Shown here: piece by piece, positions 1-12,250 of the stretch
Numbering within the stretch: the first letter of the stretch is position 1
How the letters are laid out: each line of letters opens with the position of its first letter
NCBI GenBank assembly: GCA_023920165.1
Contig: CP089275.1
Coordinates: forward strand, 1,550,001-1,614,000
DNA from: Curvularia clavata
Lineage: Eukaryota
Length of the DNA: 64,000 bases
Direction: 5' to 3'
Translations under genes and position numbers: made by a program
The notes under the pieces: generated by a model
What the model was told of the DNA's origin: nothing
What the model saw: only the letters and a program-made list of their open reading frames with translations
Database searches by the model: none

Positions 1-1605
1 CAATAACCTTTCATGAGGAGATATCCCGAGACGGCCAGTTCACCACGTTGACCCACATTGAGCGTTTGTGACCAGTCAGAAGCATTGACGACCTTGGCAC
101 GAACATGTGGAAGAAGACGGCCTACGGTGTTGATGCGCTTCTCAATGGGATCGTCGGTAGTGGTCATGGCGGATACGGGACTTGTCTCTGTCATGCCATA
201 GCAGATTGTCAATTCTGTCAGGTTCAAGATCTTATGAAGCTTGCGCATGAGCTCGGCAGGAATGGAGGAGCCGGCTGCAATGCCAGTGCGCAAATGCTGG
301 AAACCTTCGTATGGCACAACACCGTTGGCTAGGAGCTCCAGCTCCGCCACAAACATGGTAGGAACACCGTATAGGGCAGTGCACTTGTATTCGCGGACGG
401 CTTCGAGAGTGGCAAGATCATTGAACGCCTCAGTCGGGAAGACTATGGCACTTCCATGCGTAGCTGTAGCCATGTATCCGAGGATGCATCCGAAGCAGCT
501 GTGTATAGTCAGGCGTCAAATAGTTCAATGCATGCAGGGCGACTTACTGGAAGAGTGGAGGTGGACAACAAACCACATCGTTTTCCGTCAGTAACATCCT
601 GTCGCCGATACTATTGCCATTGTTCAAGATACTTCTGTGGCTCAAACACGCAGCTTTCGGCATGCTCGTCGTACCCGATGTAAATTGGATATTGACAATA
701 TCATTGGGATCCAATCCCTGGTCCTCCAATGCCGCGCCTTGGCCACCGTCCTCTATTATATTTTGGTATCTTCCCAAGCTCCTGTACTCATCTAGACTTA
801 TCCTCCCTTGGGCATTGTCCACCAATACGACATTCTTCAGCGAAGGAACGAGTTCGGATTCGAGTTTCGGGCCAGTAAGATTAGGTATCAGATGGGTAAG
901 CAACGGGATGTTCGGGCGTGGGTCTTTGCGAGGAAGGTTTGTTTCGGCTCCGATTATGAGATGGGCGGTGTCCAGGTGGTTGATTGCGTTCAGAACCTGT
1001 GGGGCGTTGAACGAGGGATTGAGGGGTACCTATGAGTCAATTGGCTTACAGCCCATCTTTTTTCACTCCGGATTCTTACATACCAGTATCGCCCCCAGTT
1101 TGAAAAGCGCATACGTGATCTTTGAGGTCATCAGCTTTTGTTTCTCACAATATAGACTCGCAACATACAGTAGCAAACTCAATGTTATTGCCCAAGCTCA
1201 CGGCGACCCTGTCTCCCTTCTTTACGCCCAGGTTTTGTAGTCCCCTTGCGAGCCTGTTCGAATCGCGATCCAGTCCATCGTACGTCAACCGGATGCGTTG
1301 ATGGTGCGAGATTACTCTACACAAGACTTAGTCATGATGCGACCAGACGGATAGTGGCCCGCATACGCATCACGGTCACCATACTGTCTCACAACTCCTG
1401 CAAAGTGTTGGGGGACAGTTTGTTCGAGCAATGGGGGCTGTACCGAGTTGTCAGTACAATGGAAGCTATGAGGTCGTGGGGAAGTGGGGCCGAATTGATG
1501 TACCTCGGTAGGTCCAATGCTGTATGCTTGTGTGAGGAGGCCTCTCTGTGTAATTCGCACAGGCTTAGGGTATCTTGTAGCTCTTGACACGAGCTTCCGG
1601 AGCAT
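1..1605 (-). CDS. AMP-dependent acyl-CoA synthetase (ACSF2-like), multi-exon, 3' end beyond window start
   Basis: AMP-binding motif QFTSGTTSMPK (ORF 544-903), then PPPLF(H), and downstream exon motifs LYGVPTMF, TGIAAGS and ICYGMTETS; Arg-rich N-terminus MLRKLVSRATRYPK resembles a mitochondrial presequence; several GT..AG introns. Confidence 0.9.
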
Positions 1606-2498
1606 CTTCGACCAGAGAAAGCATCAAGAAACTAGAAGAAAGAGGAGCGAACATGGTTGCATATGTCGGATGCGGAGGTAAGAGGGATAGGTTTAGTGCG
1701 TGTTGCTTTTCGGAATTAGGCCGCGCTCCACTTCGGGTGACGATTGTGCCCTGAAGATCAAGGCCATGACTAAGTTTTGAGTCCTTAGCATTACCTGTAC
1801 ATCTGCAAGACACATCAGACTTTTACTTGCATCCAGACTCTACCTACATGCCAGCGTAGCCTAATGCTCAGTGCTTGAATTTTGAATCACATAACTTGGC
1901 ATTTTAGGAACTCGATTTTGTTGCTTTGTAACTATAACATTTGGATCGCATTTGTCACCCATAACCCACACAGTCTCGTACATGCGGGGTAGCTTCGGGT
2001 AGGTACACGCTTCAGAACGAGGTCCGTCAAGCGAATTTATGGCGCTGGACACTACAATATCGTTGATTGGAAAAGGAGAATAACTGCAAAAGTTGCCGTC
2101 TTGTGTGGAGTCTTGAACTGTTCCAGATTACGCAGAAGTTAAGTTGGGATCATAGATAAGACGGCTACCATGAATGGACCTGGTATCCTCATGGACAACA
2201 TCACCATCCATCTCCCCAGAAACAAGCATTTCGCTTTCTTCTTTACGGAGAAGGAAGTATGACTGAAGTAACGATTATCAAAGATACTACAGATGAGACT
2301 CATGTCAAGACCATAGAGCATATCAACGCTACAGCGCCAACCATTTACACTCACTCCATTGATTCGCAGAAACAACGGGATATGCTGTGTAACCATGAAC
2401 CGACACCACCGTCACCATGCATTCCCCCGCACTACCACAGCCTATTCCCTTTCCTCAAGCCTCGAAGCAAGAACCCACACCCAAACACCTTCAGCACA

Positions 2499-2984
2499 AT
2501 GCTCATCCCTCTCCTGCTGGGCACCGCCCTGCAAAACTTCCTCCCAAATGCCACGACCACCGTAACCAACATCTTCCACAAAGTAGCCTTCGACCTTGAT
2601 ACCATCGGGCGCGCACGCCAAACCTCGTTCATCGAAGAAAGTGCGCGTGTCGCATATACCAACGCAGGACTCGACGTCAACATTGCAGTCTGGAACATGC
2701 ATATACCCGAGGCCCATCATTTTGAGCGCATCCTCGAGACAGGACTGCAGCCTATGGGCCGTGGAGGTGGGTTCCGCGTCGTGGTGTTTCAGGGAAAAGG
2801 GTGGCTGCGGAATGATGGGCGGGCTACGGGTGATGCGGAGTTGAAGTACAGCGGCAAGAACTTAGTCGTCAAGGGAAATACGGTTGTGTTCAGGGATGTG
2901 GATGCGTGCACTGGGCTTTTGTGGGGGAGGTGTATATTATCGAACTATGGAGGCGGGGAGTGGATGCAAAAGCTCTTGTGGTAA
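2499..2984 (+). CDS. small hypothetical protein with hydrophobic N-terminus (possibly secreted)
   Basis: ATG at 2499 in ACAATG context after a C/A-rich leader; MLIPLLLGTALQ start; globular-looking VNIAVWNMH..GGFRVVVFQGKGWLRNDG segment. Confidence 0.6.
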   Translation: MLIPLLLGTALQNFLPNATTTVTNIFHKVAFDLDTIGRARQTSFIEESARVAYTNAGLDVNIAVWNMHIPEAHHFERILETGLQPMGRGGGFRVVVFQGKGWLRNDGRATGDAELKYSGKNLVVKGNTVVFRDVDACTGLLWGRCILSNYGGGEWMQKLLW

Positions 2985-3179
2985 GCGGAGACAACAGCTG
3001 AAGACAAAGAAGATCTTCAAACATTGCAACTCTTAAGCGAATCATGGTTGGTAGGTAGATCGTATATCAAAGATCAAGTTGAGCGCTAGCTAGCTGAGTA
3101 CAAAGGTGCTTTCCATAAACTCCAAATCACACCTCAAAATGCTGGAAATAGTCATGACAGCTTCAATTCACCAACGCTG

Positions 3180-6100
3180 CTACCGTTCAAACTCAAGCAC
3201 CTTCCTGCTAGCATCGCTTGCGGTTCGATTTCTCGTAGACTTCATCGCCTCTTCTCCCGCGCCGGGCGCAGATAGCAAGTCCGGAGGTGCCTCTCCCTTT
3301 GATGCACCTACGTCAGCAGTTTCTGCGCCTTCGAGAAGATCAAGATCCTTGGCATCTACGTCCTCTTCCTCCTCTTCTTCATCCTTGCCGTGTCGCGCTT
3401 CCTTATCAAGTTCCTTTTGCGCTTCGTCATACCTCCTTCTGACCTCACTTGCAACTCGCATTCCGTCATTAACGATGTTGTCGAGCATGCCTCGGAGTCC
3501 TTTGCCAGGCGGCACAACGCCAACGCCAGCTCCACCAACAACGCCACCAGCCAGATTCCCACCAGCTCCGCCTTGCTTTCCGGCGTTAGCAAAGGTTGTG
3601 AGATTGTGGAAGCTAGAAGCCGAAGGAAGCGTCTCGTCTGCGAGTCGGAAAGACGATGAGAATCCGACTTCAAAGAAATTCAACAACGCCTCATCCGCGA
3701 GAATAACCATACGGAAGGTAGGCAGGGTGATGTGAAGTGGCTTGTTAGGGTCCAGGGCTAGGTTGGCTGATTTTGCCTTCTCGTTGCGCCCTTCAACATC
3801 CGAGTCCATTGTGCGAGCAGACGGTGTGGGGGACAGCAGGTTCTGTTCCGACTTGTTGGGCTTTGCCGATTTGGCTTTAGGAGTGCCTGGTTCAGAGCCG
3901 AAGTCGATGAGGTCGTCTTCGTCGCTGTCGCCGATGGCAAAATTGTCAATATCGTCCTTGACCTGATCCACATCTTGGTTTGCTTGGTTCGACGGGTGGT
4001 CGGGGTCGGCGTATTCAAAGCAGTTGCGGATAAAGGCAGATACACTGCTCAGAAATTGCTCATCACGGCCCGAGCGCTCTTGATGAGATTCAGAGCTGAC
4101 ATCAAGAGAAGAAGCAGCTGGACTTGGGTCATGAATGCCGCGCCGTGACAAGAACAAGAGAGCCTCTGAGATCCTCAGAATGCCCTCACGATCCACCTTT
4201 CCATCTCCGTCGTCGTCGTAAAGCTCAAAGAAATAACTGATGTTGGACATGATATCCTTAGTTCCCTTGACATTGGCAAAGCCGCTGACAACATTCTGTA
4301 ACGAAAGCGAGTCTGACATGTCGGTATCCCAACGTCGGAACAGGCGGCGCATGAATTCGTGGTCTGCTGGTTCTGGCCCTGAGCCCCATGGCGACATGGG
4401 TGGTCGTTTTTTCATGCTATTGCCAAAGTATGAATGTGTGTTTGGGTTACCGCTAGCCTCAGGCGGTGAAGTTGGTGAGTCAGTGATGGCCCATTTTGCA
4501 ATACCTAGATGGAGAAATCAGTGATGTCGCACACAACACTGGGAATTTTCAGACAACCTACCTGCCAGAAATTCTCTAAATGCATCATAATCCATCTGCG
4601 TAGGACTGGGCCCGAGCGCCACGCGTCCCTTCTCTGCGCTGCCAGAGATGCCTGTGACGACTTCAGCTGCCTTCATCCTGCTAGCTTTTGCTTTTCGCTC
4701 GGCTTCCTGCTGCATAATTTCGGCTCTTTGCTGTCGCTCATATAGTACGGCATAGAATCTATCGTACAAGAACCCCAAGTCGTTGAGACTTAGCTTTTTG
4801 CTGTCTGGACCGAGGTTCCTTATAGAAGTGCGTTTGGCAAAACTCTCTATATTCTCTAAAACAGCGTCTTTGTGCTTGGCGCGCTGCTCCGAGATGGTGT
4901 TCTGGGTGATGCCGGCGAATTCCTTGAAGGCTACAACCATGAGTTCCTGGAATCGGGTAACCGCGCGCAGCTTGGGGTTCTCTGACTTTGGATGCGCCGA
5001 CTCGTCAAGTCGCGAGAAGTAAGACTTCAGAACAGAGATGAAGGAGCCATCATCAGTTGCATCTAGGAGTTCTTCTCCATTTATGCGAAGGATGGCAAGC
5101 CCGATTTGGAACAGAACCTTTGGGCCTTCAAGGAAGAAGACGTCTAAAACACGGAAAGCAAAAATCAGAGGCATAGAGTTGATATAGAGTGAAAGAAACC
5201 ACGGCAGGGAAACAACAGACAGCTGTACGTCGGACTTGACGAGATGGTCCCAAAGTATAGGCATCGTCTTCTCCACAAGAGACTCGAAAACCTTTTGGTC
5301 CAGGAGGGTGCCGTACATGGTTTGCGAGTAGTAGCCTGGAAGAAGGCGATCACACAGCACAGAAAGGAGGAAGAACGCCTGTGGTTCGGACATGTATCTT
5401 TGTTGGTTAGAATCGTAGAATTGCACATCAAGGGGCACACATACATCAGCAATGCTGCGACTACAATGTTCATCGCCTGGCAGTAGCCGACTTCGGCGTT
5501 TGTCCAGCTGTATGCTGTCAACACTCTCCGGAGCCTGCCGATACCCTCTTCACTCTGGAAGCCTGGGTATTCAGGCAAACTCCTGTTCAGATCCTTCTCA
5601 ATCTCATCTATAGCTAGGGACTCTCGCCCAGAGTATTTTTGTAATGTCTCGGTATACAGGTTCGGATTCTGGAGACGAAGAAAGAAGGCTCCCGATGTGA
5701 GTTCCCACATTTCGCCTCGCAAGCGATTGGGGAGACCGACACGGATGAGTTTATGAAAGGTGGGTTGTCGGATGAGGGTTGCGCTTCGGCCGTTATCTGT
5801 CGTGTGTCAGCAATGCTCAGTATCGGATTTGAGCTGAACTCACCTCTCAAGTATTCGCGCCACAAACGTATCTTTGTCGCATCTCTGAGTTTTCTCGCGT
5901 TTCCAGGGTATCTGAATATCATGCCCAAACCCGTATCTGGGTGCTCCCTTCCCGGCTTGCCATCAGCTCCAACTTTCTTTTCCTCGTCGTCTGTGAGCAG
6001 GTATTCAGAGTAGCACTGGGCCACCACCTTTCGAAGATTCTCCACTTCCTTGACTCCTTCCCGCAGGCCTTTCTTGAGACCATCGCAAAACCGCTCGCAT

Positions 6101-6648
6101 GCCTGCCGCGAGCCTGCAAGCTGAATGGTCAGCTTCTGTCCTGCAGGCGCCTGCGTCTTGAAGTCTGGTGAACCATTCCACGTGGTGATTGCAAGCGCAA
6201 ACATATAACTCTGGCTGTGCAGACGTTCCACGCGCCGTATGCCGCATAGTGGCAGGATGAAACCGTTGCCCGCCGGTCCCGCACCATGGGTTTGGCCTGT
6301 GAAGCTGCTCGAGGAACTCAGGCTCGCAGTATTGATGAAGCTTGAGCCCTGTGTAGAAAAGCAGAGATACTGCTCGCTGAGGTGTAGCTTGCCCACATAA
6401 TGATTGCCCTGGCTACGGTCTTTCTCAGATGTGACGTCGCCAGTACCCCTCGTCGAATGGTGGGGTTGGAGTGTAAGCTCGGCGGTAATCTCCTGGAGGG
6501 GATTTTGGGTATCGGGAAGTCGAAATTGGTAGCGGAAAAGGGTGGCCTTGGAGGGTCGTCGGTCCGTGGACGCGGGCGCGGCGATGGTGTTGAGCGTGGG
6601 TTCAATGTACTGTTGGGCCTTCTGCACCAGGTTCGAAATGTTGAACAT
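3180..6648 (-). CDS. MDR1: TBC-domain Rab GTPase-activating protein with EF-hand (Mdr1/Gyp2-like), 4 exons
   Basis: TBC arginine finger IEKDLNRS and glutamine finger [17 protein letters not shown]-hand [11 protein letters not shown]; ORFs 5614-6648, 5165-5722, 4518-5438 and 3180-4415 joined by short introns. Confidence 0.9.
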
Positions 6649-7141
6649 GGCTTCGGCCCGGCCGCGGGTCAGAAAAAGGAAAGTAGGTATTCAGAGTACG
6701 AATTCACTGTTTGTGCTTCATTGCGCGACAAAAGGTGCCCTCGTTGGTCAGCTCGCGGAGGGCCCCAGAGCTTATGCAGGGCTGGAACTAGGTAGGAGGA
6801 GGGTTGCACCTGCCACGCGGTGCACGGCCACAAAAGAGGCTGAGATGTGGCCATGACTAAGACACTTTTCGCACAACTTGTTCGGGATTGATTGCCTATC
6901 CACCAATCTCCACAGAACTCCGGTTGGAACTACTGTCTAAATACACGAGTACAAAGAATCTGCAATCATCGTGGAGATTTGGTCAACAAAATGTGGCGCA
7001 GTCTAATTATTTTACCATTCTATTAACACCCCGTACTAGAGATTGCCTAACCGACTAGGGCAACTGACTATATGTATGCACATTCTGACCCCGAGATAAC
7101 ATCACTCACTACTTTTAGTCTGCTCTTTCTGATAGATTCGT

Positions 7142-8415
7142 TTATGTGCAAGTGTAGGCTCCGTCAACTCGGAGGTCCGCGCCCTGTGTCATCCAGTCAG
7201 TAGCTGTATAGGGGCAGGATCTAGACATTACTTACAGTAACGTATAAGCTGGCGTCGCTGGACAAGAAAGTAACAGCACCCATCAGATCTTCAGGGCGTC
7301 CCATCTTACCGACAGGGATAAGGGAAGTCCACTGCTTCTGGAGATCTGGGTTGTCGTCGAGGATCTTCTTAGTCCTACGGCATGTCAGTATCAACTCGAT
7401 CATCGGCAGCGGTCTCACTTACAGTGCGGTAAGCATGTATCCAGGGGAAATACAGTTCACACGGATGCCTGCACCCGCCCACTCGACTGCTAAACTGGCT
7501 GCCAAGTGTCGGACAGCTGCCTTGGCAGCGTTGTACGGAGCTTGTGGTTGTGGGACATTAACAATGGAGCCAGACATGCTGCCAATCATGACGATGCTTC
7601 CGGGCGCCTTCCTCTCCATCAGATGCTTGGCCACTGCCACAGCATATAGGTATGTGCCGTCGACATTGACGCCCCAGAGCTTCTGCATGCGGTCATGAGG
7701 GTAAGAGATTGCATCGTAGTTTTCAGTGAAGCCAGCCGATGTGACAAGGTTGTCGACCTTGCCGTGGTGCTTCAGAATCTCGGCGAAGGACTGGTTGACT
7801 GATGTTGGGCTTGAAACATCACAATAGTGAGCTGTGACTTTGGGCACCCTGTGTCTTGGGTCAGTTGGTTCCAACAGTGGGGGAACAAAAAAGATTTCCT
7901 GACCTGCTGGATCCAGGGTTTTCCTTCTTGAAGACGTCGAGGAGTCCCTTCGCGGATCGCTCGCCCTCTTCCTTGTTCATGTCAACAAGAGCAACGTCAG
8001 CTCCAGATGTGACCAGTGCCTGGGCCATGACCAAGCCCAGTCCTCGGGCTCCACCGGTAACAATGGCTACCTTGCCTTCCATGGAGAAAGATGCTAGCGT
8101 ACGCTTGGAGTGCTCGCCGCCCCGGCCTACGACAGGATTTGAAGGTGGCAAGTCCTTCTCCTCCGGGTATTCTACAACAATGTCGTCTCGGGTTCGCGCA
8201 TACTGACCTTCATGGTCACCACTCTCACCCGGCTCCCCTGACGTTGTCGCCGCGTTGACTTGGTCGTCATTGTTAGGGTCCTTGTCGAATCGAATGGGAG
8301 ATGAATTGAAGTGTCGAATTGAGAAAATTGCTGGGCGTGCCGGTCGGAACACAGCACGAGGAACTTGCGCTGTAGCTGCGCGGGCAACGTGTCGAAGTAC
8401 CTGAGACCTGAACAT
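7142..8415 (-). CDS. ARD1: D-arabinitol 2-dehydrogenase-like short-chain dehydrogenase with mitochondrial-type presequence
   Basis: TGGARGLG NAD-binding motif, PQPQAPYNAAKAAV (YxxxK), RVNCISPGYMLT; last exon GADLRVDGAYTCT-TAA ends at 7142; ATG at 8415 (MFRSQVLRHVARAA). Confidence 0.88.
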
Positions 8416-9140
8416 GGTGACAACAGGACGCAAGTGCAGTAATTACTGAATCGCAACAATAGCTCTCGCCGAAAACAATGCCTCAATTGCAAATTTCAGA
8501 GGCTGGAACAAGGTTCGGGTGAAATGGAATCAACCATGTGTATATGGTATAGGTCCGAGTCGATGCTAGGAGCCCGAAGTCGGTGATGCAGCCCAAAGGT
8601 CGGCCAGAATTAGAGTAGAAGCAATGGAAGTAGGCGGAAAGTCCACGATGTACGCGCAGACACAGGGCATGAAATCATTCGGTCCTTTGGACAGCTCGAG
8701 CTTCGCGTCCCCGCCTGCAACCCCAACCCCCACCACGGCGCGGATGGTTGAACGCCTCTGACGACAGGACCTGCAGGGATAGCAGGGCTAGCTTAAGCGA
8801 ACCTTGATCGAGTATCCCGCAAATGTTGTTCCTCTGGACGCAAGCAATGAGATTCTTTCCTGTGGCTCCGTCTCCATCTTTATTACACACCGACAGAGAC
8901 GCATCTGGTAGAGTGGGTTGGTCTAGCCCGCATCCACTCTTCTCCGCACACCGATAGCTGGGGGGCAAGGGAAGCTTCAGCAAATCCTGGCCATCTCCAA
9001 CCCCACGCTCCCAGAAACAAATCATCATAATACCAGCAGGCCTGCAGCCCAGAGCCCGCCCAGAGTAGCGGGGGCAGGCAGATACAGTAACTCTCCGACC
9101 ATCAATCTTCGTCCTGGCCATCTACATACCGTACTGCACC

Positions 9141-10409
9141 ATGCTGGAGCTATACCTCGTCACCTTCAACGCGGCGCGCAACCTCGTAGATCCACAGGCA
9201 TTGGCGCCCTCGTTCTTTGATGCGCTTCCCAAAGACATGCCCGTGCCTGACATCGTCGCCGTCTCGCTGCAGGAGATTGCACCCATCGCTTACTCATTCC
9301 TCGGTGGATCCTATCTGAAGCCCTACTTCGACCGCGTGACCACGACTGTCCAGCTTGCCGCCGACCTCCACAGCCAAGGCACCGGCTCTTTGGAGCATGT
9401 AGCCACGCGCAGTCTGGGCATGACGGCCCTCATGCTGTTTGCCAAACCCGGCGTCACAGAGAGGATACAATGGATACAATCTGCAGGCGCAGGCGTTGGC
9501 TTCTACAACATGGGCAACAAAGGTGCTGTTGCCATGCGCCTAGGGTTGTCGTGTCCTGGCGCCGATGACACCCTTGACTTGACCTTTGCCGCAGCCCATC
9601 TTGCGCCCATGGAAAGGAACGTGGAGGCGAGGAACAAGGACTGGGAGAACCTTGTACGCAATCTGGTGTTTGTAAATGATGACGATTCTGCTTATAGCTC
9701 AAGCGAGCAAAGGCCCCTCCTAGCTGCTTCCTCTACAGTCCCCACTGACCAGAACGGCCTTTTTACACCTGGAAACCATGTATTCTTCTACGGTGATCTA
9801 AACTATCGTACCAGTGACAGCCCGCCAGATCTCGACGCTTCCAAGTCCTATCCTCAGCCTACCGAGTCCGAGTCATCATCTAGACATTTTTCCCATCTCC
9901 TGAAGCAGGACCAGTTGATTAGAGAGAAAGACGCCAAACGCACGTTACACGGGTTCGACGAGCTCCCCATAACCTTTCCACCTACATACAAGTACGCCAC
10001 TCCCAAGCGCGCTCTGGCCGCCGAGGTTGAAACGTGGCACTGGTCAAAGCACCGATATCCTTCATGGTGTGACCGAATCCTCTTTCTGCGTGCTGGGTCT
10101 TCTTCAGACCTAGAACCTCAAACCTACACCGCTCTGCCTGTACAGCCGACATCGGACCATCGTCCTGTCGCTTTGTCCTTGCGCGTCAACGAAAAGCCTA
10201 TCAAAATGGGTATCAACGATATCCTCTCTCGTCCTCCTTTTGACATAAACCCACAGTGGAAGGCTAGACGGGACGCCGCGCGACGGTGGGAAGTCATTGT
10301 GGGCGTCATGTCCTATCTTGCCTTGACCGGCAAGGGCCAGATTATCCTCGTCACCCTGATGGGCGTGGTAGCTGGCAGTCTGTTTTTGGCTGGGGCTTTG
10401 ACCAGATGA
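9141..10409 (+). CDS. inositol polyphosphate 5-phosphatase with C-terminal membrane anchor (Inp54-like)
   Basis: VTFN, SLQE, GNKGAV, FYGDLNYR, PPTYKY, PSWCDRIL and SDHRPV motifs; hydrophobic C-terminal tail; single 422-aa exon. Confidence 0.92.
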   Translation: MLELYLVTFNAARNLVDPQALAPSFFDALPKDMPVPDIVAVSLQEIAPIAYSFLGGSYLKPYFDRVTTTVQLAADLHSQGTGSLEHVATRSLGMTALMLFAKPGVTERIQWIQSAGAGVGFYNMGNKGAVAMRLGLSCPGADDTLDLTFAAAHLAPMERNVEARNKDWENLVRNLVFVNDDDSAYSSSEQRPLLAASSTVPTDQNGLFTPGNHVFFYGDLNYRTSDSPPDLDASKSYPQPTESESSSRHFSHLLKQDQLIREKDAKRTLHGFDELPITFPPTYKYATPKRALAAEVETWHWSKHRYPSWCDRILFLRAGSSSDLEPQTYTALPVQPTSDHRPVALSLRVNEKPIKMGINDILSRPPFDINPQWKARRDAARRWEVIVGVMSYLALTGKGQIILVTLMGVVAGSLFLAGALTR

Positions 10410-10422
10410 TGGCGCCATTGGT

Positions 10423-12250
10423 TCATTGCCATTCGCCAGCGCCTTTTCTCCAATTCCACTGCTCCACAAGATACTCTATCGTTGCTGCTGTTGGAATGCC
10501 CATGGCGTTTACCTCCTCTAGAAATTCTATCATCTTGAAACGTGCCGTTTCGTCCATCAGCAGCACTCCAAATTTGTGCACAGCATGCGCTGCTTTCCAC
10601 GGTGCCAATATGCAGTGAGGGTTGCAACGAGCAATGGCCACGATTTCTTTCAGTCCTCGCAGCACTTCGTCTTTTACGGATGCAATGACTTCATCTCCGT
10701 GAGTGCCAGCAGTCGCCGTGTCCAGATGGCTGACTGCGAGCGCAACGCGAGCTATCCTCAAGTGTTGGTTGGCGTCGGCTTCAGAGTGTCAGTTGTGAAC
10801 ATCATGGGCTTATCACCAAATAAACTCACCATGGCAAGGATCCGCAAACCACAATTCTGGAAAATATCCAGTGTTATGCAAGGCCTCCTTGTAGAGAATT
10901 GCATCAAAGGCTGCAGGTCGCTTTCTTTCCCATTCATCAACGAGATCGCTCAGGTACTGCCGTTCATCCGGTGTGCGAATGGATGATGTCGTCCATTGCA
11001 TGATACGTGCACTTAGCCATAGTATTTGATTGCCCCATGAAGCATCATCCTCAGGCACAGCCAAGGCCGGCAGAATGCAGTTTCTGTAATCGATTTGTAA
11101 ACTTGGTCGATCCAGAAGCACTTGACAAAGTTCAGCATGTACATGGATCATGAGACAAGCTTGCACTACTGGGCGAGACATGTCAAGCAGCCAGCCCTCG
11201 GGACCATGGAAAAGCTCATATGTAGAGAGATGCGTTTGACCTCGCGTACCCGCTGGTGATTTGTCAGCCAGATGGTTCACCGTTTCGTTTTCCAGTCTTT
11301 ACACACCGTGGAATTCCTCGAAAGTCCTAAGAAGCATCGCAGTTACTAATGTGCCCTCATCCTCAATTCTTCCTCTCTCTGCTAGATACGGAATGAGGTC
11401 CTGCAGAATCCTATCATGGTACACATAAGGCCTAGCAGGGAAATGTGGATCATAGCGCAAAACGCTTTGTGCAGAGATCATGAAGATTGCGTTCATAAGC
11501 ATCGGATTCTCGAAAGCAAGTCTTGGAACTATCTCTTTAAACACGGCTGATGAGTTCGTTATGTCAAGTGATGTCGAGGCTTGTTCAACCCAAAAACGAA
11601 ACAAATGCGCTTCGATCGGATCCGACAGAGGCCAAGGAGCATGTGAACTTATATCCGCTGTGGGATATGGGCGTGGTGAGGGGCCATCAGACGGTGAATC
11701 TATAGGTGATGGTTCATCGAGGCTGGAGTAGTTTGAAAGTGAGCCTGGACCTGGACTCGTACGTTGCTGGGATTGCCATGAAGCATTAGCGGATGTCCGG
11801 TTCTTTGCAGATATGGCTGCTTGGTCGACCCACGTTCCGCTCCTTGGACGCAGACGTTTTTCTTGTTTCTGTGAGCCTTTTAATCCTCGCTCCGATATTT
11901 TTGCAGCCGTCCGCAAATGTGTTGCTTGCTTTGGTGGCTTCTTCTCGCTTGTACTTGCAGCACTCTCGAATTCTTCTGCTACAAGTCGGGATTCGTCTAC
12001 AAAGTCCACTGTGCCATCATATCAGTACTTCTATCGTCCCTATGAACTGGCTTAACACAGCCGGAAAGGACTTTTACATACATTTGCCCTCGGTACCGAC
12101 CCACTTCTGTCCAGCGGCGAAAAAGTAATCGTACTTCTTGATATCCGCTCTGGTAGCTTGACCTTCCGCATCCGGGAACACACCATGTCGAAACCGCACC
12201 CGGTAATTGGTCTTCTTGGGCGGAGTCTTAGGTGACAAAATCATACTCAT
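10423..12250 (-). CDS. fungal-specific transcription-factor-domain protein (ARCA-like), multi-exon; start uncertain
   Basis: RFRHG..FFAAGQKWV exon, then EAHLFRFWVEQASTSLDIT..VPRLAFENPMLMNAIF, DDASWGNQILWL, FPELWFADPCH; ORFs 12074-12397, 11299-12009, 10813-11280 and 10423-10761 separated by introns. Confidence 0.75.
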
